Part shown: one piece after another, positions 23,694 to 35,369 of the stretch | How the letters are laid out: the number at the start of each line of letters is the position of its first letter | How positions within the stretch are numbered: the stretch's first letter is position 1 | Assembly (NCBI GenBank): GCA_040954595.2 | Contig: CM082582.2 | Span: forward strand, 9,911,483-9,975,482 | Length of the DNA: 64,000 bases | Reading direction: 5' to 3' | DNA from: Balanoglossus misakiensis | Lineage: Eukaryota; Animalia; Hemichordata | Position numbers and translations under genes: made by a program | Notes under the pieces: model-generated | Told to the model about the DNA's origin: nothing | Seen by the model: only the letters and a program-made list of their open reading frames with translations | Databases searched by the model: none

Positions 23694-24223
23694 CTCAACC
23701 AAGGAAGTGTTTAGCTGCTTGATTTGGCCAATTCTTCGCGGCTCTTAAGGCGGTTTAGCTCGTAGGACGACAGCGCGATCGCAGATGCCCTCCTACCACT
23801 GAGGTGACCTTTTCACGAAATTTATGCAAGAAATATACACAGTGACTGACGCGACTGACCGTGGTCACAACATGATATATACTCGTATTTCAATACACCT
23901 TGAAAAAGTAAACGAGAAAAATATTGACAGTGTTGAAGCGGATAAGATTTTCATCGGCAGCAAAATACATGTTGCAGAATTAACATAAACTTCAAACTAA
24001 AAGCTAAGTTTTCAGGTGAAAACTTTGCAATATTTACGTCACACTCCTTCCCAGCATGCATAGCGGCGCGCCATTTTGGTTTGCTGCTCTGCAAAACATT
24101 TCCTGGATCGAGTAGACCCATCGCCTATGCATCATTATTACGTGAAACTTTGACTGTGGTTTGGTCATCAGTTTCCTAACAACCCTTTATAAATGCTGTG
24201 AATGAACCGCATTACGTTTTAAA
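23694..24223. promoter_or_regulatory. Probable bidirectional promoter between the two zinc-finger genes
   Basis: CpG-richer than the flanks. YY1-type CGCCATTTT at 24069-24077. A minus-strand GAG|GTAAGC donor at 23693 fits a non-coding first exon of the large ZF gene. The plus-strand ATG is at 24224. Confidence 0.45.
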
Positions 24224-26502
24224 ATGTCAAACTCCGAGGGACATTTGCAGGAAGTCCCTCATATCGGAGAGAATCAGGCCGTTGTTGTTGTGACCACAGC
24301 GTCGCTTGAAAGTTGTCTTGCCGAACAGGGAAATACGAATATACATCATGCTGTTGACGCAGCGGCAACAGGTACAATTTCTCTCGCCTTTTCATTTTAA
24401 CGTATCCCTTATTTAGTTTGAATAAGTGTTGAGCTTAAATCTGATCTGGGTGCACGTTAACTGATTACGACCTGGAGCCGGCTACCAACAACATTGAGCC
24501 CAGGTCAATGAACTATTCCGAGGGCATAATGACATTTTTGCACCAAGACTATGATAACTGTACCATTTGGTACTATGTATGTATACAGTACTAGTGGGAT
24601 CTTATGGGATCAGTTGGCATTTGTCATCTGTCTAAATATATATTGTATATGGTGTGTGTATGTATGTGTGTGCTAAGACTAGAGCCACAAATTCAACATG
24701 TCCTAAATATCATCTCCATTCGCAGAGATAATCCAGACTGTTCCAGGAATGATTGAAACCAGTGAAACTGAACCGGCCAGCACTGCTACAGTTACAGTAC
24801 AGTATGTGCGCTGCACAGGAGATGAGGTCACGTCTACTCCTAACACCGAAATGACGCTCAACGGACTCCCGCATGAGTTGTCTCTGAATCAGGATGTCAT
24901 GATATGCGGTCACTGTAATCAACAGTACATAGACATCATTGAGTTTCTGAATCATAAAGCTGAACGTGAGTTTTCCCCTTCTTGTACAAGTATTTTAGTT
25001 AGTACTGTAATACAAAATGTATGTCTTCAGCTTCCAAAAATCACTTTGAATATAGACATCATTGTATAAAACACCCAAACCAATATTCTGCTTTTGTCTT
25101 TCCGCCGGTGTTTGACGCTAGCTGCATCACTAAGCGTTATCATTGTCTATCTCTGCTTTTCATTCCAGATCAAACACCCTCTGGTCTCCACCGCTGTGAG
25201 CTCTGCCGAAAGACCTTCACGACCGGCCTGGTGGCCATTGATCATTACCAAACAAAGCACAAGATTGCCTTTCCGGAGAACGCCAACGCCAACAATGCAA
25301 ATGCCCAACACATGCTCTTGCTGTCGCCCAAAAAGGACATTCAGCTGCCGGACGACATCGCAGCCATCCAGTCGGATTACGGGACAAAGCTGAGCGAGCA
25401 CGACGAAATTTGTGACTTCAGGTTTATCCTCGTCACCGAAAAGGTCCAGGGTGCCAAATTTGAGTACGGCAAGACAGCGTTCAAGTGTGTACACTGCAGT
25501 TTCAAATGTCAGTCCAAATCAGTACTCGTCAAGCACATGACCAACAGACACTGCGAACTGCTGGATCACATCAGCATGAACAGGGAGGAGAACGTCGCCC
25601 TGGGCGACAATGAGAAAATTGTGCTGCTCTCCGAGTTCAGCAGAATGAGCCGCATCATGGCCGCCAACGACAAACAGGGCCGGGGCGTCGACAAGAAGAG
25701 GAAGAAGTCCAAACGCAAGAAGGAGGATCACTGGGGGATTTACCCGTGCCACGAGTGCGGTAAAATTTTCAACCGGGCCCGATCGTTGCGCGTGCACTCG
25801 GAGACCCACCGGACTGAGAAGAACTTCCTGTGCGACGAGTGCGGGAAGGCGTTCAAGTCTCAGACGCGGCTGCGCGTCCACCGACGCGTGCACAAGGACA
25901 AGGTGTTCAAGTGCACCCAGTGCGAGTTCCAGTCGAACATCAACGCGGCCATCCACACGCACCGGCAGATGCACACGCAGGGCTCGGTGCTCTGCGACAT
26001 CTGCGGCTTCGCCTACACGGACAAGTCGACGCTCAACAAGCACATGCGGGTGCACTCCACCGACCGGCCGTACGGCTGCAACTTCGAGGGCTGCACGTGG
26101 CGCTTCAAGACCGAGGCCATGTTCAAGGCCCACCTGCGGGCGCACACCAGCCACGGCAAGTTCAAGTGCAGCCACTGCGGCTACGTCTTCCGCCACAAAC
26201 ACCACTTGCAGAGGCACGAGGCCAACATGCACGGCGTCAAAAACGCCAAATCTGCGCGCAAGCAGGACGGGGAAAGGGACACTGCCGACAGTGTAGAGAC
26301 ACATGAGGAAGTGCCCACCACGGACGCCGCTGCTAACACATTCACAGAACAGATAATAGTAGCCGACAGCCAAGGCAATCCCATCTCATACGAACAAGCT
26401 CAGTGCACTGCCCTGCATTACCAGGCACTCCTGCAACCGGCAGAAACCAGAATCCTACAAGCTGCCCAGGAACAAGAAAATCAAGCTGTCTTTCAACAAT
26501 AG
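24224..26502 (+). CDS. C2H2 zinc-finger protein, 9 fingers, ~573 aa, 3 coding exons
   Basis: Exons 24224-24371, 24726-24965 and 25169-26502. All introns are GT-AG with matching phase 1/1. The exon 2/3 junction completes a canonical finger (CGHC-x12-H-KAE-H). Six tandem C-terminal fingers with HRTEKN/HSTDRP-type linkers. AATAAA at ~26768. Confidence 0.9.
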
Positions 26503-29500
26503 ACAATGTCACACTGAGCATGTAACATCCAGCTAGACAGCCATATTTTGGGATCTACCTCAATGCTTTTCTTGCACAGTGTAGTATAACAGATACACAT
26601 CTCATGACAAAGAACTCCTTCATAAGGATAGTTTGATTCCAAGTTTACGGAAATACCGGATACTGCTATTGAGGCTTTAGTACGAACTTTTAATTTATTT
26701 GTCAGGTTCTGCAAGTTTGATTTGAGTGAATTTTGAATATTTTCACAAGAGTGTTATACGTTTTGAGAATAAAATGTGTAATGCTGAAAATGAAATGCAC
26801 TAAATGGTCACATGTGTGTCTTGTGATAATCTGAATGAAGGAAAGAGGGGTTTGAAAATCCTTTATAGGAAAAATTCTTGTCAGTTGAACTGAACTATGT
26901 TTTTCTGACGTGTCTGATCAAGCTGGTATGAGTGTGAATTGACTTATGTCATGTAAGTGCTCAAAAACAACTCCCACATAAAGCCCCTTCAGAGAAACTG
27001 AAGATCAGAAGTCCTATGTCGCTATGCATCGAAACAAAGTCGGTCGGTAGTGCAGCAATTACTGCAGACAACCTGACAAAACTGCCCAGTTCAAGCGTGT
27101 ATACACTCGAAGCCTTATCGGTTTTCAGTGAGTGTTCCTCAGGAGCTGAAAAGACCAAGTAGGGGGATTTCCTGGTGTTTTCAGACTGCAAAGTCTCGGT
27201 ACATTTAGAACTGGCTGGGTCCAGATAATTTATCAGATTTGTGTAAGCATCAACAATAGAAGTCTTAAAATAATTTTATAGCTATGATAGTTTGTTCGCA
27301 GGATGTTCTTGAATGTACACGCATTTCCATAACCAGGAAAGGCGCGATGGAACCACCTTTCATTTATCAAAATGCACTTCCTAGTGTATTAAAATAATTC
27401 ACTCCATCCTGTAGGCATATCAGTTCCATACTGAATGGAAACATTTTATAAAATGCACAGAAATTGCTGACAACGTGCACCACCTTACTGTAACTAATAT
27501 TTTGGGTTCGGTAACTTTGCAAGCAAAGTTTTATGTCGTACGTGCGGTGAACTTGTCTCGTGTGACTCTCCTGACATCATTGACACCACCCAGGTACGGT
27601 TATCTCTTCTCTGAGTGTACAATAAGGAGGACATCACCATTAATTAAAGATGGAACAATTTCCATGAATGAAGAGTCGGGTGTCGGCCGTCTGTATCGGT
27701 TCGACTTTGATCAACATGTTTTCAGCTCCACCCTGATACCACCACACGTAATCACAATTTTGATCAGCAATTTTCAAATGAATGAGAAAAACTACAGATA
27801 CAGGGATATTTGGATAACCTTCTGGTCACTGGGCCTGCATGCACCTGTAGCTCGAGGACTTCATCTGTCCTTCAAAGAGTATAAGCCCACCCAGGTTTTC
27901 ATGTAAAATCACCTGAAATGATCACATTTACAGTACACAATGGTGATCTCATTAAATTTGAGTGGATTATTGCATTGTTATCAATCAAGTGCAGGTCACT
28001 TTCACTTGTCTCCTCAGGTGACGCATTACGATTCTTCGATGTACATTTGGCACGCTTTCGCAGGGAAATAAAAAACCCACAGATGAGGAAATGCAGTGCA
28101 TCAATCGTATATTCAAACAGCATCGGCTAAAATTACCTGATTTATTTATAGTTTTAAGCCTCCGGTGTCTACCTCTCAGAACAGGGTAGAGGTTAAAGCA
28201 ATATATTTCTTTTGGAGTGGAAAGATAACTCAGTGATATCATCAGCTGTGGGAACTTTGGCCACCGACATGTGGTTACACCCAAACTCAACTGCCGGCTA
28301 CGATTTCATAACAAGTCTGTGCACAGGAAATGAATAGATAAACAGGTGTCCTAAGATGATTTATTTCTTTATTTCATACATTTAGGCAGTGTTATTCTGG
28401 AACAGATGCTTGTTACTGTTGGTTGAACAGACTCCCAAAAAAGCGGTCAGATCTCGAGGAATCACCTCTGGTCTTAAAGTTAACCCACTAATTCGAGAAA
28501 TGTTTTCAAAATGAACAATTTTAAACTGGACAGATTTACGGATAATATTAAATAAAACATTGGCGATATAGTTTCGTCATTCTGTATCAAGCATTTCATG
28601 TCCAGTGCACCCTTTCAGAAACTCTCAGCAATCTGTGGCACAGGAACGATTCCCAGTCCCTGATTGGCTTGTCATGGGAAATCAGCCAACCAACTACTAA
28701 ATCAGCACTTTTGAAATTTTAATAATATCTTTGACGGTTTATTTACCGACACCGCTATTGTTTACAAACAATACCTCTTTGTTATTCTCAGGAGAAATGT
28801 CGTTCGTGCATGACAAGCGAATTCTGTGTGAAAGTCCTTCCATGTGTTTTCTCAATAAAAGTCATCGCGGTTCAGATGCGTTTTTCGTGCACACACAGGC
28901 AATGTAGTCGGCCTTTCCTCATTACATACTGATCACCCATACCTGGTGAATGCAGTATATCAATTGATTGAAAGTCACCTGTGCGACCCGGCTGGGTTTT
29001 TTTTTTACAACCCTTTGACTGGCTGAATGAGTTCAGATACCTGTAACCCGACAAACGCGAGCTCGCGAACAACAACAATGGAACAAATGCCGAAGAAACC
29101 TAGTCACCTGGTGAAAGTCAGACAAGGTCATCCCAGGGTAGTAGCTGCCCAGGTCAGACTTAACAAAGACAGCTTGGGAATTACAAACTAACTTAACTCA
29201 ACTTTTATTAAACTTTAATAAAACTTAATAAATTTAATAGTGCTTCATAAACTATTTATTGCCTCGTCATGTACAAGAAGAAACAATTCCAGAGGTTAAT
29301 TGAAAACTTACCAATTTACTTCAACTATGATACAGAGAAACAACCCAGAGATTTATGGCGTAATATAACCAGCACCTGCGCGTACACTTCCTTGCTTATG
29401 CATGGTACTAAAATTGGGACAATTACACCCAAGACCAGGCTTACGTGCTTGCATGCATAACTGTACACACAATATAACCGAAACAAATTAGTCCTTTACT

Positions 29501-31224
29501 TTTTGTAAAGTTCATGAAGTATCAACCTAAATTTGACTTGATCACTCCACCAAACATACAATTGTTTTTATTCTGGATGGAAAGGCAGCTAGGGAAACGC
29601 TTTTGAACTCAACCCACCCAAAGCATAAATTAAGTCCACACATACTCACCCCAGCTCACTGTCAGTCGCGTTGCTATACATTAGCACAGCACAGGGGGTG
29701 AATTAATTTTGATTGATCCAAGTCACGATTGAACTGTGATTAATATGGACCTTTATCAATTTATCAACCGTTAATGCTCCCAAAGTTACCTTAGCTGGCG
29801 TTACATGAGGGTAACACATACTGCCTGTACTTTTTTGTGTGTGCATGTCTTTATAAGGTGCATGCAACCATCATTAACAGGTACCTCACCTTGAAACATT
29901 AAACTTTGTGATCTGAACATGGCACACCCATCTTCTTTGGGCAGCTTGCTTGTTGTATTCAGATACAAATCTCCTCATGGTTTTACGCTATACTTTTATT
30001 TTATAATTCTCCTTTTGTAAAACTTTTGTTAAGATTTGATAAGAATGCTTTGCAACAGCCATGTGGTAATGAATTAGGACATGGATGTTTTCCAAATATT
30101 ACAAAATTTTCCCTGTCAGAATATACACTTGTTGAAACGCTATTTCAGTTTTACCTAACTTACTATCTTCTTGCACTATACTATAATCCGACCGTTAAAG
30201 TTCAAGGTTGTGCACGGGATGACTTTTATCAGTATTGTCCCCTTTTCTTATCACCAAGTGTACTTTACTCTGACCTCTGCTGTTGCAGGCTACCCAAGTG
30301 ATAATCAAACAGTGGGATAAAAGGGTGGAGAGCATTTGCCCAAGGCACTGAGAGAATTAACACTACATGGGAACCTAAAAATTTCTCTGAGTCAGCTCTA
30401 TACCTAATTGTGTGTACATGTAGTGTGGATGATTTTTTTGAGTCACCATTGAGTTTGTTGAGTCAATGGTACATTGTGGTTGTTTTAATCACACAGTTTT
30501 GTTCATGCTTACACCCATATGTTTTCTGGGCGCCATTATACTTCCACCAAGAAACCTGGATCCCAGCAGGGGTCAGGGTACCTGAGAAGACCTCAATTTA
30601 CTGGACTACAATGTGGGTCAAAGGTCAAACCCCCAAAAAGGATCCTCTTTGTCGGGCATGTGACAGAAATGCTGATTCAAATATTTTCTTTACTCTGCTA
30701 TACAAAGAACACCAGTATATATATAACATTTCAAATGTCAAAAGAATGATGCATTGTTAAGGTTTGCAATCACGCAGAACTGATCACCACCAATTAAAAA
30801 CTTCTGATTCAGCTGCAAGTAAACAACGGTGACATTGATTGATTGGGGGAACGTTTCTAGGTCACCCCCGCTACTGGCATACCTGTCAGTGCAGCCCATG
30901 GGGCAACTTTTTTGTTGTGCTACACTCAAGGTTTGACAGAAGGTGGTGTTGATGATAAATTTATTGGTACTAGACTGTACTAGTAACGCTGTTTTTTTCC
31001 ACAACAGTTCCTCTCTGTAAATGTACCCTGCAGTCGTCTTGTAAGTTAACTACGAAAATAATCAGAGAATCAAAGTTCAAGTGTGTAGCAAAACATGACT
31101 ATTAATAAGGCACCCTGGAGACTGTCAAGTAAAAACCTCCATGGAAGAAGCTTCTTGTTTGCATGGAAACCCAGAAGTCCTGAACAGTACAGTTGGTTAA
31201 AAATGACAATCTGATTAAAATCAG

Positions 31225-31381
31225 ATGTAGAGTATGGCAGCATCGCCTCACAATATGACAGCGCCAGTGACAGCAATGTGATCATAGCAGCACTGACGAA
31301 GATAGATTCATTACAAGAAACTGATTTTCGATATTTATTCATCAATTTTACCCATCTCTCCCGACAAAGTTCAAATTTCAC
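31225..31381 (-). mobile_element. Possible decayed Myb/SANT (MADF/trihelix)-like fragment, of the kind carried by PIF/Harbinger transposons
   Basis: The translation VKFELCRERWVKLMNKYRKS...SYCEAM resembles helix 3 of MADF/SANT domains (C..RW..L...YRK). No transposase or TIRs were found. It lies in the probable UBE2Q 3' UTR. Confidence 0.25.
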
Positions 31382-31692
31382 CTGCAGCTGATAGCAGAAA
31401 TGCTTATCACAAAGTACACACAGAGAATTAAGTCCTGCACAGTTCATTATAATTGATATGAGATTGTGATATGCTGAAGATGCATCATGAAACAAACAAA
31501 AACTTATCTACACTGACGTGGCATATTTACACAACAATCATTAGTAATCCAAAAGTCACAATTTTCCACAACAGATGTGAGCACGCACTTGTAAATCCAC
31601 AGTTTGTTTACATGTGTTAACACCAATGCCAGTTGTCTGTAGGTCATCGGCCCTGCTGGGTTCACTCGGAAAATTATCCCCCCACAATGACT

Positions 31693-31781
31693 TTCAACCC
31701 TTTCACCATCATGGTTTGGTCCAGATCTACTGCTTTCTACGGTAAAGTTGGACCTTTACAAAGGGAACTGGGGGTGAAACC
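31693..31781. repeat. Short (~90 bp) interspersed MITE-like repeat, copy 2
   Basis: TTCAACCCTTTCACC...TTTGGTCCA...GTTGGACCT...GAACTGGGGGTGAAAC, a diverged copy of 21446-21535. Confidence 0.7.
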
Positions 31782-32169
31782 TTATCTGGTTGATGGGAAA
31801 TGGTTGGAGGGTAAACAGGAAGCTACTATCCTGATACCCCTGATGATACATCCATTACAAAATGAAATGCAAGATCTATCCCTAAAACAGTTTGAAAATA
31901 AATAGGTCAGCTTTGAACAAAATCAGCACATTCTTCTATCAGCAAATCACTGATCTATATCACTGATATCTATCTGACATGATTCTTTAGCTGCACTTCA
32001 AACTTTAGGGGAGTTTTCAAGTACGTTGCTGATAACGGTGCTTGAGAATACATTTGTGACTGTATTTTCTTGCTGAGAGACACACGGTCAAAGTTTTTCA
32101 CCCGCTGTAAATTTATGCCCAGGCAGTCTGGAATGTTTGAGATGATGTGTACTCTTTTTTTGACAATGG

Positions 32170-34952
32170 TCACTTGTTCCAGCCGTATCTCATCACCATT
32201 CTCTCGAAGGCCTGCTTGGCGGCAGCTTCGTCATACTCCTTGTCGGCGTCGTAGTCGAGCTGAGCGTTGTGATCGGACATGATCTCTGAACGGATCTGTA
32301 TCAGTATACTCTGAAAGAATACAGGAAAGATGGAAGCACCATGACTTGAAAAGCTAGAGTTTGTCTTGTTTTGATTCGAAGTGGAATTTAGGACGTGAGC
32401 CTTGAGTGTTCTTGCTTTGAAACGTTTGTTACAACATGAAGCATTGGCTGCAGTGGATGCCAACTGCTGCAACACAACTGCAGTGCTATTATCATATTAC
32501 CTCAATGTCGTTGGCCGGTCTCCATCCCGACTTGGTCAGCAGCTGCATGCATATACTGCCACCCACTGTGATGTGACCTGTTCGCGTGAAGACGACACAA
32601 ACACAAAGAGTGAGATCTGTGAGGAGAAGCACATGCCCTACATTTCTTGGACAGTTCATCAGGACTGTCAATAACACTGAGTGAACATTTACCTGAAGCC
32701 AAAATGATACACGTGCGTCTTTCTATCAGCGTTCCTGTTTCTGAAGTCAGCTCACATTAATTGCATGAAAACCTGCATTGCACATTTTACTACCACTGGC
32801 ATGTTCTTGACTAGTTTCAGAAGAAAAAAAAATCATAGATACATGGAAATACTAGTAGGCTTTCACTGGATTCAGCAAGCCATCTGAAAACCAACCCGGA
32901 ACTGAAAGCAATATTTCTTTGTGCCCCTCGGTGTACGCAATTCAGTGAATCTGTACAAATGCCATCCAATATTGCACGTACGCCACTTGTCAGATTTCTA
33001 TTTGACGTCTAAGGAATTTGATCTACAAGACTATGAAAATGGTTGGAAGGTCACTGGACCTTTTTGAGAAGGACGTTGCACCTAAGAAACTCACCTGTAA
33101 GAAACTTAAATCTTGGTCTGAGTACTCTAACAAACGGTGGAGACATTGGGTAATCTTTGGGAAATTTCATCTCTAGAGAAATGACTTCAGCTCTCTTGTA
33201 CTTTGTTGCATAGATTTTCAAATCTTTGCCTAGTCTGGATTTTGGGTCGAAATCTTTAAGTGTCACATCCTGGGGTGAAAAAAAAAAGTCAAAGGGGAAG
33301 AAAGATCGGCTCATTAGTTCGTTTAAGTGTACATATTAATATGTCTTTGACTAGTTGAAACATACATGATTCTGGGCATGTGGAAGGTTGGTATGAGTTT
33401 TGAAATTTGTGAATAAATTTGGGATAAACCACTTAGACTTGTACAAGTAGTGAACCTTGAATGGCTTACTGACCCAAATAAATAGATTATCTCCTCTGGG
33501 ATTTCCTTCCACTCCAAATTTACCTTCTGCTTTTTTCAGCAATTTCAAATCTGCAAACAAAACAAAAGAATATAGAATAAATAAATAAATAATAAACAAA
33601 GTCTCAATTAGTAATGAGTATGACACCCCAAGTGTAAGAATCATCAGTTTTTATGTAGCAACATTTCGGACTCCAGCTCCTATTAATTTTTATGATCCAG
33701 TTGTAACATTTTACCTGATAAGAGCCTGTGTACTGCCACAGCACTGCCATCACCGGTGAAAAAATCGTCTGCTGTGACAGAGTCTCCTGGACTGAAAAAA
33801 GAAAGAAATGTGCAGACTTTGCTAAGTACTAGTCTGGGATGTGTTTGTTAGCCAAAAAAAGAAGCAAAAATATGTTTAAGTAAAGTAGTGAATTTTATCA
33901 AGTACAATTATATGTATATAGCTTGATAAGCAACAGCGCCACCACTGGCTGAAAATAGATGTTTGCTTTGAGTGAGGGCAGGCTTCAGACGTTTTGTGAT
34001 CATGATACAAAGCAAAACAATGCTATTGACTATAGTTCATTACCTTTCCTCTTTTTGAACGGATGTATCAGCTGCCGCATCCTCATCATCCATGGCATAG
34101 TAATCATCATCATCTGCATCCATGTCATCATCATCATCATAGTCGTCACCCATACCTTCATCACCATCACTGTCACTAGATGCACGAGCTAAAACCTGAA
34201 ATCAGAGATCTATGGTCAGCTCACCTTGATCATGGAATGGAAGATCAATGTGATCATGTCCAATATGTCTACTATAACAATCTATGCAGATACTGCATTT
34301 CTGTCATGGACTCTTGAAAACAAAAGGAAACAAAGTGTCAGATGCCAGGTTCAGAACACTTGGTTATTTCACTTACTGGTTTGAGTGACTTTGCTGTTTT
34401 ATCAAGAACTTCTTGTAGTGTCTTTTCTCTACAGGAAGTGACAAAGTCCTGGACTTCTGTGAGGTAAGCTAGACACACTTCATTATCACTCCACACATGC
34501 TGCAAGTAACATCCATTAAAAAGTAAGTTTCAACTGTGAATAGTTGTTACACATACAGGTTATGGTGACAAGTATATTACAATTAGCATACTGTTTGGAG
34601 TAGAACAAGTAACTATATCTGATCTGCCAAAAGTTACAACTTATGTCCCTTTAATGTCTCCGGTAAGATGTCATTAGTCGTGTTGACAAAATGCAATGCA
34701 ATGCAACCCGGAAGTGCATGTCAACAATAACAATGGTCATTCAGCTTGGAGAGAAGAGCTCATTCAAAAACTAAAACAGAAAACACCTACAAAATTTGAT
34801 TGTCCGGGTTCAGGACAGACGACGAAGAATGATACGTCGCCTGAAGAGAACACAAGTCGTCTTTCAGCGTCGTCTGCCAACACAAGCTCAAACGGTGTTG
34901 CCCCCGTTGCTATCCACTCCTCGGCGATTTTCTTCTGGTCGGAAAAGTTCAT
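32170..34952 (-). CDS. UBE2Q: Ubiquitin-conjugating enzyme E2 of the UBE2Q family, ~327 aa, 8 exons (family-level call)
   Basis: Exons 34952-34791, 34499-34377, 34195-34044, 33791-33715, 33550-33474, 33269-33095, 32577-32501 and 32310-32170. All are GT-AG with consistent phases. Architecture is an N-terminal domain, an Asp-rich linker, then a UBC with GS..A..RL..DL, DNLFIW, FPKDYPMSPPFVRV, active site GGSICMQLLT.SGW, IESILIQI and a YGW end. The HPN triad is absent, as in UBE2Q. Confidence 0.9.
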
Positions 34953-35369
34953 GATTGACGTGCTCTCTGCTAGCCTCTGGGAGGTTCTGTGGCTCTGATT
35001 CTCTTATCCAGGGTAGGGGATGGTCCTCCGGTTATAAAACCCCGATTTCGATTCGATATTTTAGGGAATTATTCATCACACGAAGCTCTTGCTGCAAGAT
35101 TGTGCAAACCAGGAAGTGTTTACACTGCAATCTGACAGATTTGTCTCCAGAGATCTCGCTCTGTGCGAGAGTTCATATAGTTGACCAATCAGAGGTCAAG
35201 CATTGGAAGAATAAAATGGCCGCGCCCTTGTGAAGGAGAGCCACGAAAAACGCACGCGTTGCTGTCAAACTGAACCGCAACTGCCACCGGATTTGAGATC
35301 ATGCTCGGATCGATTTAGAAGTAGAAGCATCACTTGATCTAATTAAGTTATTTTGAATCGGTTTTGAAG
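34953..35369. promoter_or_regulatory. Bidirectional housekeeping promoter shared by UBE2Q-like and PIGM
   Basis: The start codons are only 417 bp apart, head-to-head. ETS site CAGGAAGTG (35110-35118), CCAAT (35185-35189), YY1 AAAATGGCCGC (35213-35223). Confidence 0.7.

Noticed and set aside
25021-25168. N-terminus of the 493-aa ORF in the track
   Set aside because: It lies in intron 2. The real exon starts at the CAG acceptor before 25169.
25519-26373. 284-aa antisense ORF, and the 158-aa alternative-frame ORF 25830-26306
   Set aside because: Shadow of the GC3-rich zinc-finger codons, with no domain features.
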